NCBI GenBank assembly: GCA_963742415.1
Contig: CAVULX010000003.1
Location: 896,001 to 960,000, forward strand
DNA length: 64,000 nt
Reading direction: 5' to 3'
From: an uncultured Parachlamydiaceae bacterium
Lineage (GTDB): Bacteria; Chlamydiota; Chlamydiia; Chlamydiales; Parachlamydiaceae
The position numbers and the translations under genes were made by a program. This document shows, piece after piece, positions 37,185-47,412 of the stretch; position 1 is the first letter of the stretch, and each line of letters begins with the position of its first letter. The notes beneath the pieces are model-generated. The model did not search any database, was not told the DNA's origin, and saw nothing but the letters and a program-made list of their open reading frames with translations.

Positions 37185-38402
37185 ATGCCTGTCGTTTGGC
37201 GCTATTTATTATCACATTATTTTAAAGTTTTGTTTTTTTGTGTTTTGGCATTTATTGCAGTGCTCATGACAACAAGGCTGGATGAAATTGCCCATTTTGC
37301 CACGCTTGGGCCTGAAGGGCTTTTGATTCTTTTTTTTGCGCTTAATCAAATCCCCTACATTTTGCCTATCGCCCTTCCCATTGCCGCCCTTATTTCGGCT
37401 ATTTTATTGATCCAAAGGCTATCACGGACACATGAGTTGACAGCTCTCCGTGCTGCAGGGATGGGCCTCCGAGGGATATTAGCTCCTCTTTTAATTGCGG
37501 CAGCTTTTTTAGCTGCTGTAAATTTCATCATTGTTTCTGAGTTTTCTACCCGCTCCCATTTGACGACGGGCTTGCTTAAGAATGAATTGAGGGCAGTGAA
37601 TCCCTTGTTGCTGCTGCACAATAAGCATTTGATGAAACTCAAGGGGATTTTTTTTCATACGCTTGGACCCTCGAAATTGGGGGAGTCTGCTTCTGAGGTC
37701 ATTATTGCGACGCCGAACAAGCGGAATGGGAGGATCAATGTGATGCTTGCAAGCCGTTTGGAAACGACCCCAAAGAGCTTTACGGGAAAGGAAGTTGTGC
37801 TGTTTACCCATTTAAAAAGGGGGGCAAAAGCCTCTGCTGCAATGGATGAAGGCTCTATTTCCGCCGAAGAATTGGATCCTTTAAGGCGTCATGAAGATGA
37901 GCAGTATGATCATTTGCTTGTGGAAAATATCGGTGAAACTAAAACATCGATTAACGATTTTGTGAATATTGTGCAAAAAAAAGTTTGGACCTTGAACAAC
38001 GACCATTTGCGCTTATCTCTTCTGTTGACTAAGCTTGAAGATGAAAAAGGGGTTCTTAAAGAAGCCAAAGCTTCCGCTCAACCGGTGAGTTTTCAAAAGC
38101 AGATCCAGAGAAATATACACCGGATCTATACCGAAATATTCCGCCGTTTTTCGGCAGCGTTGGCGGTGTTTACCTTTTCTTTGATGGGGATGGCTTTTGG
38201 GGTGAGCATAAGCCGCACCTATTCGAATCGGGGACTCTTTATCGTCATCGGGTTGGCCTCCCTTTATCTCATCGCATTTTTCACCGCAAAGGGGGTGGAC
38301 CACCTTTTGGCAGCTTCCTTCCTTTTTTATTTTGTTCCCCATATTCTTATTATCATCCTCTCCCTTTGGGCTCTTCGACGGGCAGCTTGCGGGATTGAAT
38401 AA
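37185..38402 (+). CDS. lptF: LptF/LptG (YjgP/YjgQ) family permease
   Basis: WRYLL N-terminus, RLSRTHELTALRAAGMG, six-TM layout; F versus G assigned by order only. Confidence 0.85.
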   Translation: MPVVWRYLLSHYFKVLFFCVLAFIAVLMTTRLDEIAHFATLGPEGLLILFFALNQIPYILPIALPIAALISAILLIQRLSRTHELTALRAAGMGLRGILAPLLIAAAFLAAVNFIIVSEFSTRSHLTTGLLKNELRAVNPLLLLHNKHLMKLKGIFFHTLGPSKLGESASEVIIATPNKRNGRINVMLASRLETTPKSFTGKEVVLFTHLKRGAKASAAMDEGSISAEELDPLRRHEDEQYDHLLVENIGETKTSINDFVNIVQKKVWTLNNDHLRLSLLLTKLEDEKGVLKEAKASAQPVSFQKQIQRNIHRIYTEIFRRFSAALAVFTFSLMGMAFGVSISRTYSNRGLFIVIGLASLYLIAFFTAKGVDHLLAASFLFYFVPHILIIILSLWALRRAACGIE

Positions 38403-38416
38403 CGAGGAGCAACCTA

Positions 38417-39550
38417 ATGGCAAAAATGCAATATTCGATGTACGTCCGGTTGAATTACAACCCTTTCCCCTTTCAGCTAATATGGGAGCGTTATTTTCTC
38501 ACAGAACTCGTGAAAGTTTTTTTGCTGTTTTTGTTCTGCTTCTATGGCCTCTATGTATTGATCGATTTTTCTAGCCATGCGGCGAGCTTCCATCACCATA
38601 AGATCCGGTTTTCTTGGGATGAAATTGCGCTGTATTATGCCTGCGACTTTGCTAAAAGGCTGGATGTGCTGGCCCCCTTTGCATTGATGATCGCCACAAT
38701 AAAAACAGTGACCGGATTAAACATCCACAATGAACTTGTTGCTTTGATGGCGAGCGGCCTGAGGTTGAAATTTCTCCTTCGTCCTTTTGTTTTTTTGGGT
38801 CTTATTTGTGTGTTGATCGTCTATGTAAACACCGAATGGATTATTCCTAAGGCTTTGAATACGATTAAACATATTGATGAAAAGCGGAGCCATCAGAAAG
38901 TTAAAAATCGGGAGCAACCTTCGGTCCAACACTTTATTTTGGAAGATGAATCTATTCTTCTCTTTCAAGATTACGATGCCTCCAAAATGCGTTTTTTCGA
39001 CGTATATTGGATTCCGAATCTCAACGACGTCCAACGGATCAAATATCTATATCCCTATGCAGAAGTTCCTATGGGATACTTTGTGGATCATTTCCACAGA
39101 GATGAGAAGGGGGCTTTGGTTCCAAATTATTCTGCGCCCTTTGAGCTATTTCCAAGTCTTCAATTTAATTCAGCATCCTTGTTGGAAACATTGACAGCTG
39201 CCGAAGAGCTATCCATTTCCGAGTTAAAGGAGAAAATCCCTGCCCAAATCGAGCCGCCCAGTGAAAAACAATCGCAAATCACCTCGGTATTTTATTATAA
39301 AATGGTGATGCCATGGTTATGTTTATGGGCGGTCATAGCGCCGATCCCCTTTTGCATTAAATATACTCGCCAGCTTCCCGTTTTTTTCATTTATGCAGGT
39401 TCTGTTTTTGGCCTGGTCAGCTTGTACCTTATCCTTGATGCGGCTCTAATTCTTGGAAAACGGCAAGTGATCGATCCTTTTTGGGCGATCTTGGTTCCTT
39501 TTGCATTATTTTTTGGATTTTTCATCCTTCGATACGTTAGACTGAAATAA
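38417..39550 (+). CDS. lptG: LptF/LptG family permease
   Basis: IWERYFL, HNELVALMASGL; paired with the previous gene; start uncertain. Confidence 0.85.
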   Translation: MAKMQYSMYVRLNYNPFPFQLIWERYFLTELVKVFLLFLFCFYGLYVLIDFSSHAASFHHHKIRFSWDEIALYYACDFAKRLDVLAPFALMIATIKTVTGLNIHNELVALMASGLRLKFLLRPFVFLGLICVLIVYVNTEWIIPKALNTIKHIDEKRSHQKVKNREQPSVQHFILEDESILLFQDYDASKMRFFDVYWIPNLNDVQRIKYLYPYAEVPMGYFVDHFHRDEKGALVPNYSAPFELFPSLQFNSASLLETLTAAEELSISELKEKIPAQIEPPSEKQSQITSVFYYKMVMPWLCLWAVIAPIPFCIKYTRQLPVFFIYAGSVFGLVSLYLILDAALILGKRQVIDPFWAILVPFALFFGFFILRYVRLK

Positions 39551-39577
39551 TCTTACTCCAGAAGATCAGGAAGAACT

Positions 39578-42094
39578 ATGGATCCATTTGATTTAAGGCA
39601 GTGGGCCGGATTTATCAGCGCAGGGGGAAACCCCTCCCACCCCGCCATTATTGATCAGATTACCATCGACTCCCGCCGAATCGATTCCAATTCAGCCCTT
39701 TTTGTCGCATTGCTGGGGAGTGTTTACGACGGGCATAAATTTGTTCCTCAAGCTGCTAAGACGGGTGCCCGTTATGCTGTGGTAAAAAAGACTTGGGAGG
39801 TTCCCCAACCTTTAGAGCCGATGACTTTGCTGCGTGTGGAGGATCCCCTGAAAGCCTTCCAAGAAATCGCGTATACCTACCGTCGACAAACAAAAGCCAA
39901 AGTCATCAGCATCTCAGGTTCCTATGGGAAAACCATGGTCAAAGATCTTCTTTTCACCATGGTCAACGCTTCTAAATGTGTCGTGGCTTCTCCAGAAAGC
40001 TTTAACAGCCAAATAGGGGTGCCTTTAAGCCTTTTGACGATCAAGAAAGAGCATGAAATCGCTTTTATTGAAGCGGGGATTTCAAAAAAAAATGAAATGG
40101 ATGCCCTGGCAGCCACAATAGCTCCCAATTGCGGCATTCTGACCCATATCGGAAAGAAGCATAGCGCCACCCTTGGAGAACTTCCTGAAGCAGCTACGGA
40201 AATGATGAAACTCTTTCTCAAGCCATTAGAATGGGTAATTTTGCCTAATGACCCGTTATTAGAGCCCCATCTGAACCACTTAAAAGCAGAAAGCCATTTC
40301 TGGAATAAGCCCATCTCCCATTTGCCCCATGCACGCTCTCTCACCAAGGAGCATTCCTCCAAAATGCCTTATCAAGTCGATTTTCCCGATGGAAGCCACT
40401 ACTCAGGGCAAACGACTGAAGGGTTTTATTATTTCCTCGACCTGATCAACATCACGGTCAAAGCTGCCTGGCTTTTGGGAATTTCAGCAGATGAGATCTG
40501 CAAGGTGCTGCGCCATTACCAGCCTGAGCCGATGCGCACAGAAATTTGGAAATCCCCCATAGGGACAACCTTTATCAACGATGTCTATTGTTCCGATCCC
40601 CAATCTGTCGATCAAGCCCTTAAACATTTCGAGCAAACCTCTCAAGGGCGTAAAGTTTTTGTGTTTGGAGGAATGAGGGGAAAAAAACAACACCTTGAAC
40701 ATGATTATCACCACGTTGGTCAAGCGATTCAACGTTCGAAGATCGATTGGCTGATGCTGGTAGGGGACCACCCTTTTGCCTCTTTGGTCGATGAGGTCAG
40801 AACCCATGCCCCCAACGCCGAAATTTCCCTTTGTCCTACTTACCAGGATGCGATTAACCTCATGCGGGCTCGCATTAAGGGGGACGATAATGTTTTGATC
40901 AAAGGGGAAAAAAAAGAGCCTCTAGACGTGCTTACAGAAGCTTTCAATGACAGCGTATGCAATAATCAGTGTATTATCAATCTCGCTGCCATTCAAGCTA
41001 ACATCGAAACTTTGCGCCACAAGCTGAAGAAAGGGACACGCATGATGGTGATGGTTAAAGCGCTCGCTTATGGAACCGACGAGGTGCGGATGGCCAAGTT
41101 TTTAATCACGTGCGGCGTAGACATTTTGGGTGTTTCCTACGTCGATGAAGGGGTGGCGCTCAAGCGTGCAGGGGTCAAGCAATCGATTTTTGTCATCAAC
41201 GCGGCCATGTATGAAGCAGCTAAAGTTGTCAAATGGGGGCTTGAAATAGGGGTCAGCGACAAAGGGTTGATCGAGGCTCTTGCTGCAGAAGCCTCCCGTC
41301 AAAATAAAAAAATCAAAGTCCACCTGCATATAGACACGGGAATGAGCCGCTTCGGATGCCGTCCGGAAAAGGCCTCGGAATTGGCTCACTTCATCATTGA
41401 TTGCCCCTCGTTACAGCTTGAAGGGATCATGACCCACTTTTCTTCAGCGGATAATCCCCAAGATGATCCATTTACGCTCCACCAAGCCGAGGTTTTTGAT
41501 CAGTTGATCCAAGAGGTCCAATTGCGAGGGATTTTTATCCCCTGGAAGCATGCCGCCAATTCAGCTGCGGCCATGCGGTTCGAGTTCCCTAACTACAACA
41601 TGGTCAGGATCGGGTTGGCGGCTTATGGGCTATATGTATCGGAAGCGGCGCGGCAAAAGTTGGAGCTGCGCTTGGCCCTCTCCCTCATCTCTCGGATTGT
41701 AGGAATCAACATCTGCAAGGCGGGGGAGACGATTAGCTATGGAAGAAGCTATGTGGTCCAGCAAGAGACTCAGCGGTTTGCCGTCCTCCCCATCGGTTAT
41801 TTCGATGGGCTCCACCGCAACTACAGCGGAAAGGGGCATGTCATCATCCATGGACAAAAAGCTCCCATGGTGGGGAAAATTTGCATGGACTTCATGATGG
41901 TGGATGTCACCTCAATCCCCAACGCATCTGTGGGGGATTCGGTTCTTATTTTTGGGGAAGATGAGCATGGTCAATACTTGTCGCCGGAAGATTTGGCTAT
42001 GCGGGGCGATTCGATTGTCTACGAACTGATCACATGCTTGGGGCCCCGCATTCAGAGGATCTTTGTCCATGAAGAAGCTCACAAAATTCGATAA
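39578..42094 (+). CDS. alr: MurF-like ligase / alanine racemase fusion
   Basis: N-half IDSRR, DGHKF, SGSYGKT, SFNSQIGVPLSL; C-half VKALAYG (PLP Lys), IDTGMSRFG, MTHF, ISYG, ICMD. Confidence 0.93.
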   Translation: MDPFDLRQWAGFISAGGNPSHPAIIDQITIDSRRIDSNSALFVALLGSVYDGHKFVPQAAKTGARYAVVKKTWEVPQPLEPMTLLRVEDPLKAFQEIAYTYRRQTKAKVISISGSYGKTMVKDLLFTMVNASKCVVASPESFNSQIGVPLSLLTIKKEHEIAFIEAGISKKNEMDALAATIAPNCGILTHIGKKHSATLGELPEAATEMMKLFLKPLEWVILPNDPLLEPHLNHLKAESHFWNKPISHLPHARSLTKEHSSKMPYQVDFPDGSHYSGQTTEGFYYFLDLINITVKAAWLLGISADEICKVLRHYQPEPMRTEIWKSPIGTTFINDVYCSDPQSVDQALKHFEQTSQGRKVFVFGGMRGKKQHLEHDYHHVGQAIQRSKIDWLMLVGDHPFASLVDEVRTHAPNAEISLCPTYQDAINLMRARIKGDDNVLIKGEKKEPLDVLTEAFNDSVCNNQCIINLAAIQANIETLRHKLKKGTRMMVMVKALAYGTDEVRMAKFLITCGVDILGVSYVDEGVALKRAGVKQSIFVINAAMYEAAKVVKWGLEIGVSDKGLIEALAAEASRQNKKIKVHLHIDTGMSRFGCRPEKASELAHFIIDCPSLQLEGIMTHFSSADNPQDDPFTLHQAEVFDQLIQEVQLRGIFIPWKHAANSAAAMRFEFPNYNMVRIGLAAYGLYVSEAARQKLELRLALSLISRIVGINICKAGETISYGRSYVVQQETQRFAVLPIGYFDGLHRNYSGKGHVIIHGQKAPMVGKICMDFMMVDVTSIPNASVGDSVLIFGEDEHGQYLSPEDLAMRGDSIVYELITCLGPRIQRIFVHEEAHKIR

Positions 42095-42123
42095 TTAAAA
42101 TCTGCAAAACACAAGGGACTACA

Positions 42124-43641
42124 ATGGAAAAGGAAGATAAAGATTATAAAAAACTTCACGATATCTCCCGCCACGCAAGAACGTTAGCAGGGGTTTGTTC
42201 CCTCCTCGAATGGGATCAAGAGACATATATGCCTCCTGCAGGAGCTGAGATCAGGGCTGAGCAGCAGAAGACGTTGGTCGGCTTGGTCCACAAGGAAAAA
42301 ACGGGACGGAAATTTGCCGCAGCTCTTGCCAAGCTGATCGATATAAAGACGGGTAAGATCGTTAAAAAAAATTTGAACAATGCTCAAAAAGCCGCTGTAA
42401 GGGAATGGCGGCACGATTATCTTAAAGACATAGCTCTTCCTTCCCGTTTTGTTGAGGACTTTGCCAAACTTTGCTCACAAGCTCAGCTTGCATGGCGGCA
42501 AGCCAAAAACGAGAATGCCTTTCAGCAGTTTGCTCCCTATCTCGAAAAGATCATCGAGATGAACCGCAAAAAGGCCGATTATTTAAAATACAAGGAACAT
42601 CCTTACGATGCCCTCTTAGACCTATATGAGCCCAAGGCGACAACCAAAGAGGTGGGCAGCACCTTTAAAGATCTCCAAAAATCTTTGCAGGTTTTATTGA
42701 AAAAAATCACCTCTTCCAAACAAGTCGACGACCGCTTTCTTTTTGGAAAATTCGACCACGAGAAACAACTTGAATTTGGCAGACGTCTTTTGAAAGATAT
42801 GGGCTACAATATGGAGAGGGGGCGCCTGGATTTGTCCACACACCCTTTTTCCTCTTCTAGTCATCCCACCGATAGCCGTGTGACGACCCGCATCCATCCT
42901 GCTTCATTGATCAGCAATATCTCCGTTGTGCTGCATGAAGGGGGGCATGGAATGTATGAGATGGGGCTTCCAGTCGAAGAATATGGCTCTCCATTAGGTG
43001 AGGCCATTTCTCTTGGGGTTCATGAATCGCAATCCCGTTGGTGGGAGACGCGGATAGGGCAAAGCAAGCCTTTTTGGCAATATTATTTTCCCCTTCTTAA
43101 AAAGGCATTTCCAGGAAAAATCGATAAAATAAGCCTGGATGCTTTCTATAGAGCAATCAATAAGGTGGAACCTTCGCTGATCCGCGTAGAGGCCGATGAG
43201 GTGACCTACACCCTGCATGTTATTTTGCGCTTCGAACTGGAAAAAGATCTTATCGAAGGGAAATTGCCCGTCCGGGATATTCCCGAGGCTTGGAATGCAA
43301 AAATGCAAGCTTTATTGGGGGTCACCCCAAGCAGTAACGCAGAAGGGTGTCTGCAGGATGTCCACTGGTCGATGGGAGCATTAGGATATTTTCCTACGTA
43401 TACTCTTGGAAACCTTTATGCTGCCCATCTTTTCGAAGCCTTCGAAAAGCAGCATTCCAACTGGGAAAAACGGGTGGCAAGGGGGGAGCTGCTATTCATT
43501 AAAGAATGGCTGCATGAAAATGTCTATCGGTATGGCAGGCAATACACGAGCAAAGAACTGTTGTTGAAAGCGACCGGAAAGCCATTTACTCCTGATGCTT
43601 ATAGCCATTATTTAAATAAAAAATACAAAGAGATTTATTAA
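42124..43641 (+). CDS. Carboxypeptidase M32
   Basis: WDQETYMP, HPF, HEGGH, HESQS, IRVEADE, QDVHW, GYFPTY. Confidence 0.95.
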   Translation: MEKEDKDYKKLHDISRHARTLAGVCSLLEWDQETYMPPAGAEIRAEQQKTLVGLVHKEKTGRKFAAALAKLIDIKTGKIVKKNLNNAQKAAVREWRHDYLKDIALPSRFVEDFAKLCSQAQLAWRQAKNENAFQQFAPYLEKIIEMNRKKADYLKYKEHPYDALLDLYEPKATTKEVGSTFKDLQKSLQVLLKKITSSKQVDDRFLFGKFDHEKQLEFGRRLLKDMGYNMERGRLDLSTHPFSSSSHPTDSRVTTRIHPASLISNISVVLHEGGHGMYEMGLPVEEYGSPLGEAISLGVHESQSRWWETRIGQSKPFWQYYFPLLKKAFPGKIDKISLDAFYRAINKVEPSLIRVEADEVTYTLHVILRFELEKDLIEGKLPVRDIPEAWNAKMQALLGVTPSSNAEGCLQDVHWSMGALGYFPTYTLGNLYAAHLFEAFEKQHSNWEKRVARGELLFIKEWLHENVYRYGRQYTSKELLLKATGKPFTPDAYSHYLNKKYKEIY

Positions 43642-43809
43642 TCTCAGCCTGATTTGCATCAACGCAACAAATCTCATTTGAGCCATTAATGTATCAATAA
43701 TTATTTTTATTGATAATTATTTCATTTTTCAGTAAAATGTTTTCATTATTTTACATAATTTTAGTAATTAGTTTTTTTATTATTAATAATATAATTTTAG
43801 GAGATTGTT

Positions 43810-44325
43810 ATGATTTATGAATTAGTTAAACAAAGTATTGGAAAGGTTGACAAGTTTTTTGCTGTTAAGTCGGCGGAATATATAATACAACCTATAGGAA
43901 ATAAATGGGTTGCTATTGGTGCTCTTTATGACGAACGTAGTGGGAAAATGATAGAGAAAATGAATAATTATGTTCCCAATGATTTCAAAGGACAAATAAG
44001 TAATTTATTAGAAACAACTTTTAAAATTCTACCTATTGCCTGTGGAATATTCTTTTTTATGAATACTCGTTGTGTACCCGTTGCAAGGTGGGGAACTCTT
44101 ATCGTAGGCATTTGCTTATCGATCAGGGACCCCCTTTCGAATGAAGCGAAAAAAACAATATGCCAAGGCTTATCATTAACCTTTGCGACTCGTATGGCTT
44201 TTTCGATAGGCAAAGCCATTTTAGGAACTTATCCTACTCCTGGTCTTGTTGAAATTGGAGGACAGGCTTTTTTGACTTTAGCAGCTTACTACACCGCAAG
44301 ACATTTTCAGAATAAGGGCTATTAA
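43810..44325 (+). CDS. Hydrophobic hypothetical protein
   Basis: 171-aa ORF with AGGAG RBS and AT-rich upstream region. Confidence 0.65.
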   Translation: MIYELVKQSIGKVDKFFAVKSAEYIIQPIGNKWVAIGALYDERSGKMIEKMNNYVPNDFKGQISNLLETTFKILPIACGIFFFMNTRCVPVARWGTLIVGICLSIRDPLSNEAKKTICQGLSLTFATRMAFSIGKAILGTYPTPGLVEIGGQAFLTLAAYYTARHFQNKGY

Positions 44326-44342
44326 CCACTTTTATCTAGCCA

Positions 44343-44364
44343 TTTGCAGCTAGAGAGCTGCAAA
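44343..44364. terminator. Hairpin between convergent genes
   Basis: TTTGCAGCT-agag-AGCTGCAAA. Confidence 0.55.
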
Positions 44365-44367
44365 CGG

Positions 44368-46563
44368 CTATTTTGCAGGGAAAACAGGGGTTGCGTGCAA
44401 AATATCTGTTTTAAAGAAATCCCCAAATGCATCGCGGATCACCATAGCAAAATTGTCTTTCCCCAAATGGTCTTTAGCAGATTCGATCGTTCTTAAGGCG
44501 CTGATCATCCGGTTAAATCTTTCAGGCAACACAACGCGCTCCCTTTCTAAGATGGCAGGGGAATAAAGCATTAAATCAAAGTTGTTTTTCTCTGTAAGGT
44601 TGAATTCGGCATTATTAATAATTTTTAGAAACATATAAAGCTGAGCACTGCTGCAAGAGGAAATGTCTACACCGTCTTTGCAAGTGAAGCAGAAAGCTCC
44701 GGGGTTGACAAGTTCAATCAGTTTCAATTGTAGAAACAGATAAAAGATCTCTATGAAGTCCTGCCGGTGCTCACGCAGCAAAATATTCTTATTCGAAAAA
44801 AAGATCCGGTGGATCGTGTCTAGTACCCCATCGACAAAATGGGGAAACAAGGCGCTGCGGATCTGTTCAGGAAAATAAAAACCGGATTGATTATCGCTTA
44901 AGTGCTCTTTAAAATGCTCCAAAAACACATGAGCGTGATTGTCGGCATGATAAGGGGCCAACTGCTGATAAAATTCGGTATCTTTAGTCAAAGAAACCAC
45001 TGTGAGGTGTTTATTAATTTCTTCTAAATGTTGGAGCTCTTCTAAGGCAATAGCTCTTGCATGCTCCCTCCAAGATGTGCGGTCTTGTAAATTGATAAGA
45101 AGGATCTTTTCAATTGTATGATCTGTACAGCATATTCGGACCAAATTTTTAAATTCATCTGTGACGGCGGCTTTATGGATATATTCCTGCAATGTGGGAG
45201 ATGGGAGGCGCAGATGGGATATTTTGACATCATCCAGCCTTAGGGCATAATTTTGCGAAGGGAGGTTTTGCTGGAATAAAGGATCAAATGACAACCGATC
45301 CCCATTCTGCAAAGCATCTAAAATTTTAGTTAAGTGGCCATTGGGATGCCCTTTCAGATATTTGGTTAAGGCGGCATAATCATTAGCTAATCGACCCCAA
45401 AATGTCTGGGCTGCTTTTTCATGGTCAGAAGATCTTGTTTCGTGGGCCTGATTCACAAGATGATGAATGTTGGAAAGAAAATCGGGTTGGAGTTCGGTAA
45501 AAAATCCCAAACACAAACCGCTTAAAATATCTAATAATAATGCAGATAATTTGTTGCGATGTTTAGAGGGATAAACAATGAGCTTTTGGTAGTCCTGAGA
45601 AGCGATCGCTTGGCGTAGAAACATCTGAAAATCGATAAAGTAATCGCGGCAATTTTTTGACGAAACATCCTCTTGATAGTTATGGGGCATGGCACTCAAC
45701 ATCAAAGCCATCAAAGCTTTGTTTTCTAACTCAACGAGCTCCCTATCCTTAAATTTGATAGCTTCCCTATAAAAGCGGTCAATTCGATTGCTTAACACAC
45801 TCAAAATATTTTTAGCTGCTCCTTGATAAACTTGATTTCGCCATATGTCAAGATCTTCGAGGGGGTCGATCTCCTTCTTTAATCTTCCAAATTGTTCCCC
45901 GAAATCGCAAACTAGCTTAATATTTCGCAGCAAACGGGAACTAAAAAAGCGGCTGCCATCCTCTTTGCGGAGAAAGAACAGCTCATATGCCAAATCTTTT
46001 TTTACCGAGTCGAGGTCGACGAAAACATGGGTGGCTTCAATTGGTTTCTTGGCCGGTGTTACTTTAGCCCCTTCTCTTGTTGACCAAGCACGTTGGACTA
46101 GAGCAAAAACCCATCGGCTTAACAGGGTGTCGTCGATTTTTCTGGCAATCCGCCTCAGGTAGAATTCTTGAAGGTTTTTATATTCTTTTAAATCAGTAAT
46201 ACTCTTATTTTTTACTTGATGAAACAACGTGGTATACTTATCCAATTTTTTAGCGGCTTCCCCCACTAAGACCATAATCGTTTTGATCCCTTCGATTGTT
46301 TTTGGGTCTTTAGAGGGCCCTTTCTTATTGTAAACATCGCGTAAATGGTGAAGAATGACCTTAAAGATTTCCCTCATTTTCACCCTATTTTCATCGAAAT
46401 TTTGGGCGTCGAACCACTGAGTGAAATCTGTTGGTTTTCTTGGTTTTTTCTCCCCCTCTTCCCCTCTTTCCATTTCCCAGTCAAATTCCACAATGTTGGA
46501 AAGGGTTTCCACAGCTTCCATCAAAGATAAGGGGGATGAGTCATGTTTTAGTTTTGCGCCCAT
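44368..46563 (-). CDS. Hypothetical protein with a degenerate CX5R-like domain (possibly the conserved chlamydial CT837-type gene)
   Basis: 731 aa; C-terminal half shares motif order with 29076..31847; TCKDGVDI at 44682-44662; CT837 link rests only on position relative to lptF/G. Confidence 0.65.
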   Translation of the reverse strand: MGAKLKHDSSPLSLMEAVETLSNIVEFDWEMERGEEGEKKPRKPTDFTQWFDAQNFDENRVKMREIFKVILHHLRDVYNKKGPSKDPKTIEGIKTIMVLVGEAAKKLDKYTTLFHQVKNKSITDLKEYKNLQEFYLRRIARKIDDTLLSRWVFALVQRAWSTREGAKVTPAKKPIEATHVFVDLDSVKKDLAYELFFLRKEDGSRFFSSRLLRNIKLVCDFGEQFGRLKKEIDPLEDLDIWRNQVYQGAAKNILSVLSNRIDRFYREAIKFKDRELVELENKALMALMLSAMPHNYQEDVSSKNCRDYFIDFQMFLRQAIASQDYQKLIVYPSKHRNKLSALLLDILSGLCLGFFTELQPDFLSNIHHLVNQAHETRSSDHEKAAQTFWGRLANDYAALTKYLKGHPNGHLTKILDALQNGDRLSFDPLFQQNLPSQNYALRLDDVKISHLRLPSPTLQEYIHKAAVTDEFKNLVRICCTDHTIEKILLINLQDRTSWREHARAIALEELQHLEEINKHLTVVSLTKDTEFYQQLAPYHADNHAHVFLEHFKEHLSDNQSGFYFPEQIRSALFPHFVDGVLDTIHRIFFSNKNILLREHRQDFIEIFYLFLQLKLIELVNPGAFCFTCKDGVDISSCSSAQLYMFLKIINNAEFNLTEKNNFDLMLYSPAILERERVVLPERFNRMISALRTIESAKDHLGKDNFAMVIRDAFGDFFKTDILHATPVFPAK

Positions 46564-46756
46564 AGTTCCCTCATTTATTCCAATGTTTATAAACGCTATA
46601 TTTATTATCTCTTTTTTATAATTTTAAAAACAAAATTTTAATAAAATATAATTTTTTTATATTTTGAATAATTAAACTTGATTTGTTAAAATTGATATGC
46701 AAGAAATTCATTTTTCTTGTTTTTTAAATAGATCTCGCATATAAAAAATACTCGTT

Positions 46757-46843
46757 GGAAGAGTGGCAGAGTGGCCGAATGCGTCTGTCTTGAAAACAGA
46801 AGGCGGGGTAACCCGTCCGGGGGTTCGAATCCCTCCTCTTCCG
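46757..46843 (+). tRNA. tRNA-Ser (anticodon TGA)
   Basis: GGAAGAG/CTCTTCC acceptor stem, anticodon arm TCTGT-CTTGAAA-ACAGA, long variable arm, GGTTCGAATCC; CCA not encoded. Confidence 0.96.
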
Positions 46844-46899
46844 AAGTGTTAGCCTACAAATTTGAAGTGTTTAAGAGGGTGTTCACAAGTTCCTTATAC

Positions 46900-47383
46900 T
46901 TAAACTGTTGAAATGCCCTCAATATCAGAAGGGTGAATTCGAAGAGGCTTATTTCTAATTTCGTGCTTTTTCTTTTTTAATTCATTGTTTGAGTCCAGCT
47001 CATTGTAAGTATTTCTGAAAACTTCATTGCTGGCATCTAAAAAATTAAGGATAGAAAGTCTGACATGAAGCTCTGTTGAAGGGGTAATCAAAGCAAAATC
47101 ATTTTCTTTAGACTTCCCATTTCGTTACAGCTTGACGCGTCTGACCTAAGTGCTGTGCAAATTGTGTATAATTCATTTTAAAATACTGTCGGATAAAGCG
47201 CACTTCATTACCGGTGAGAGGAATGGTTTTTTTTGCCAAAAGTTCAATTACAACACGTTTTAACGTATTATAGTTGACATCGGCCATCTCTTCCCCCCAG
47301 TATTTTTTCATAGGAAAGTTATATAAGTCGATGGGGAAGCCTAATCCATGATAAGTGAACTTTTTTTCTTTTGTCTTGCTCAT
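46900..47383 (-). pseudogene. XRE-HTH antitoxin-like regulator (MqsA/HigA-like), frameshifted near 47112
   Basis: LTGNEVRFIRQYFKMNYTQFAQHLGQTRQAVTKWE; removing one base after WE joins it to SKENDFALITPSTELHVRL (ORF 46900..47091). Confidence 0.75.
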
Positions 47384-47412
47384 ATAACCCCTAACTTGTT
47401 TTTTACAGAAAA

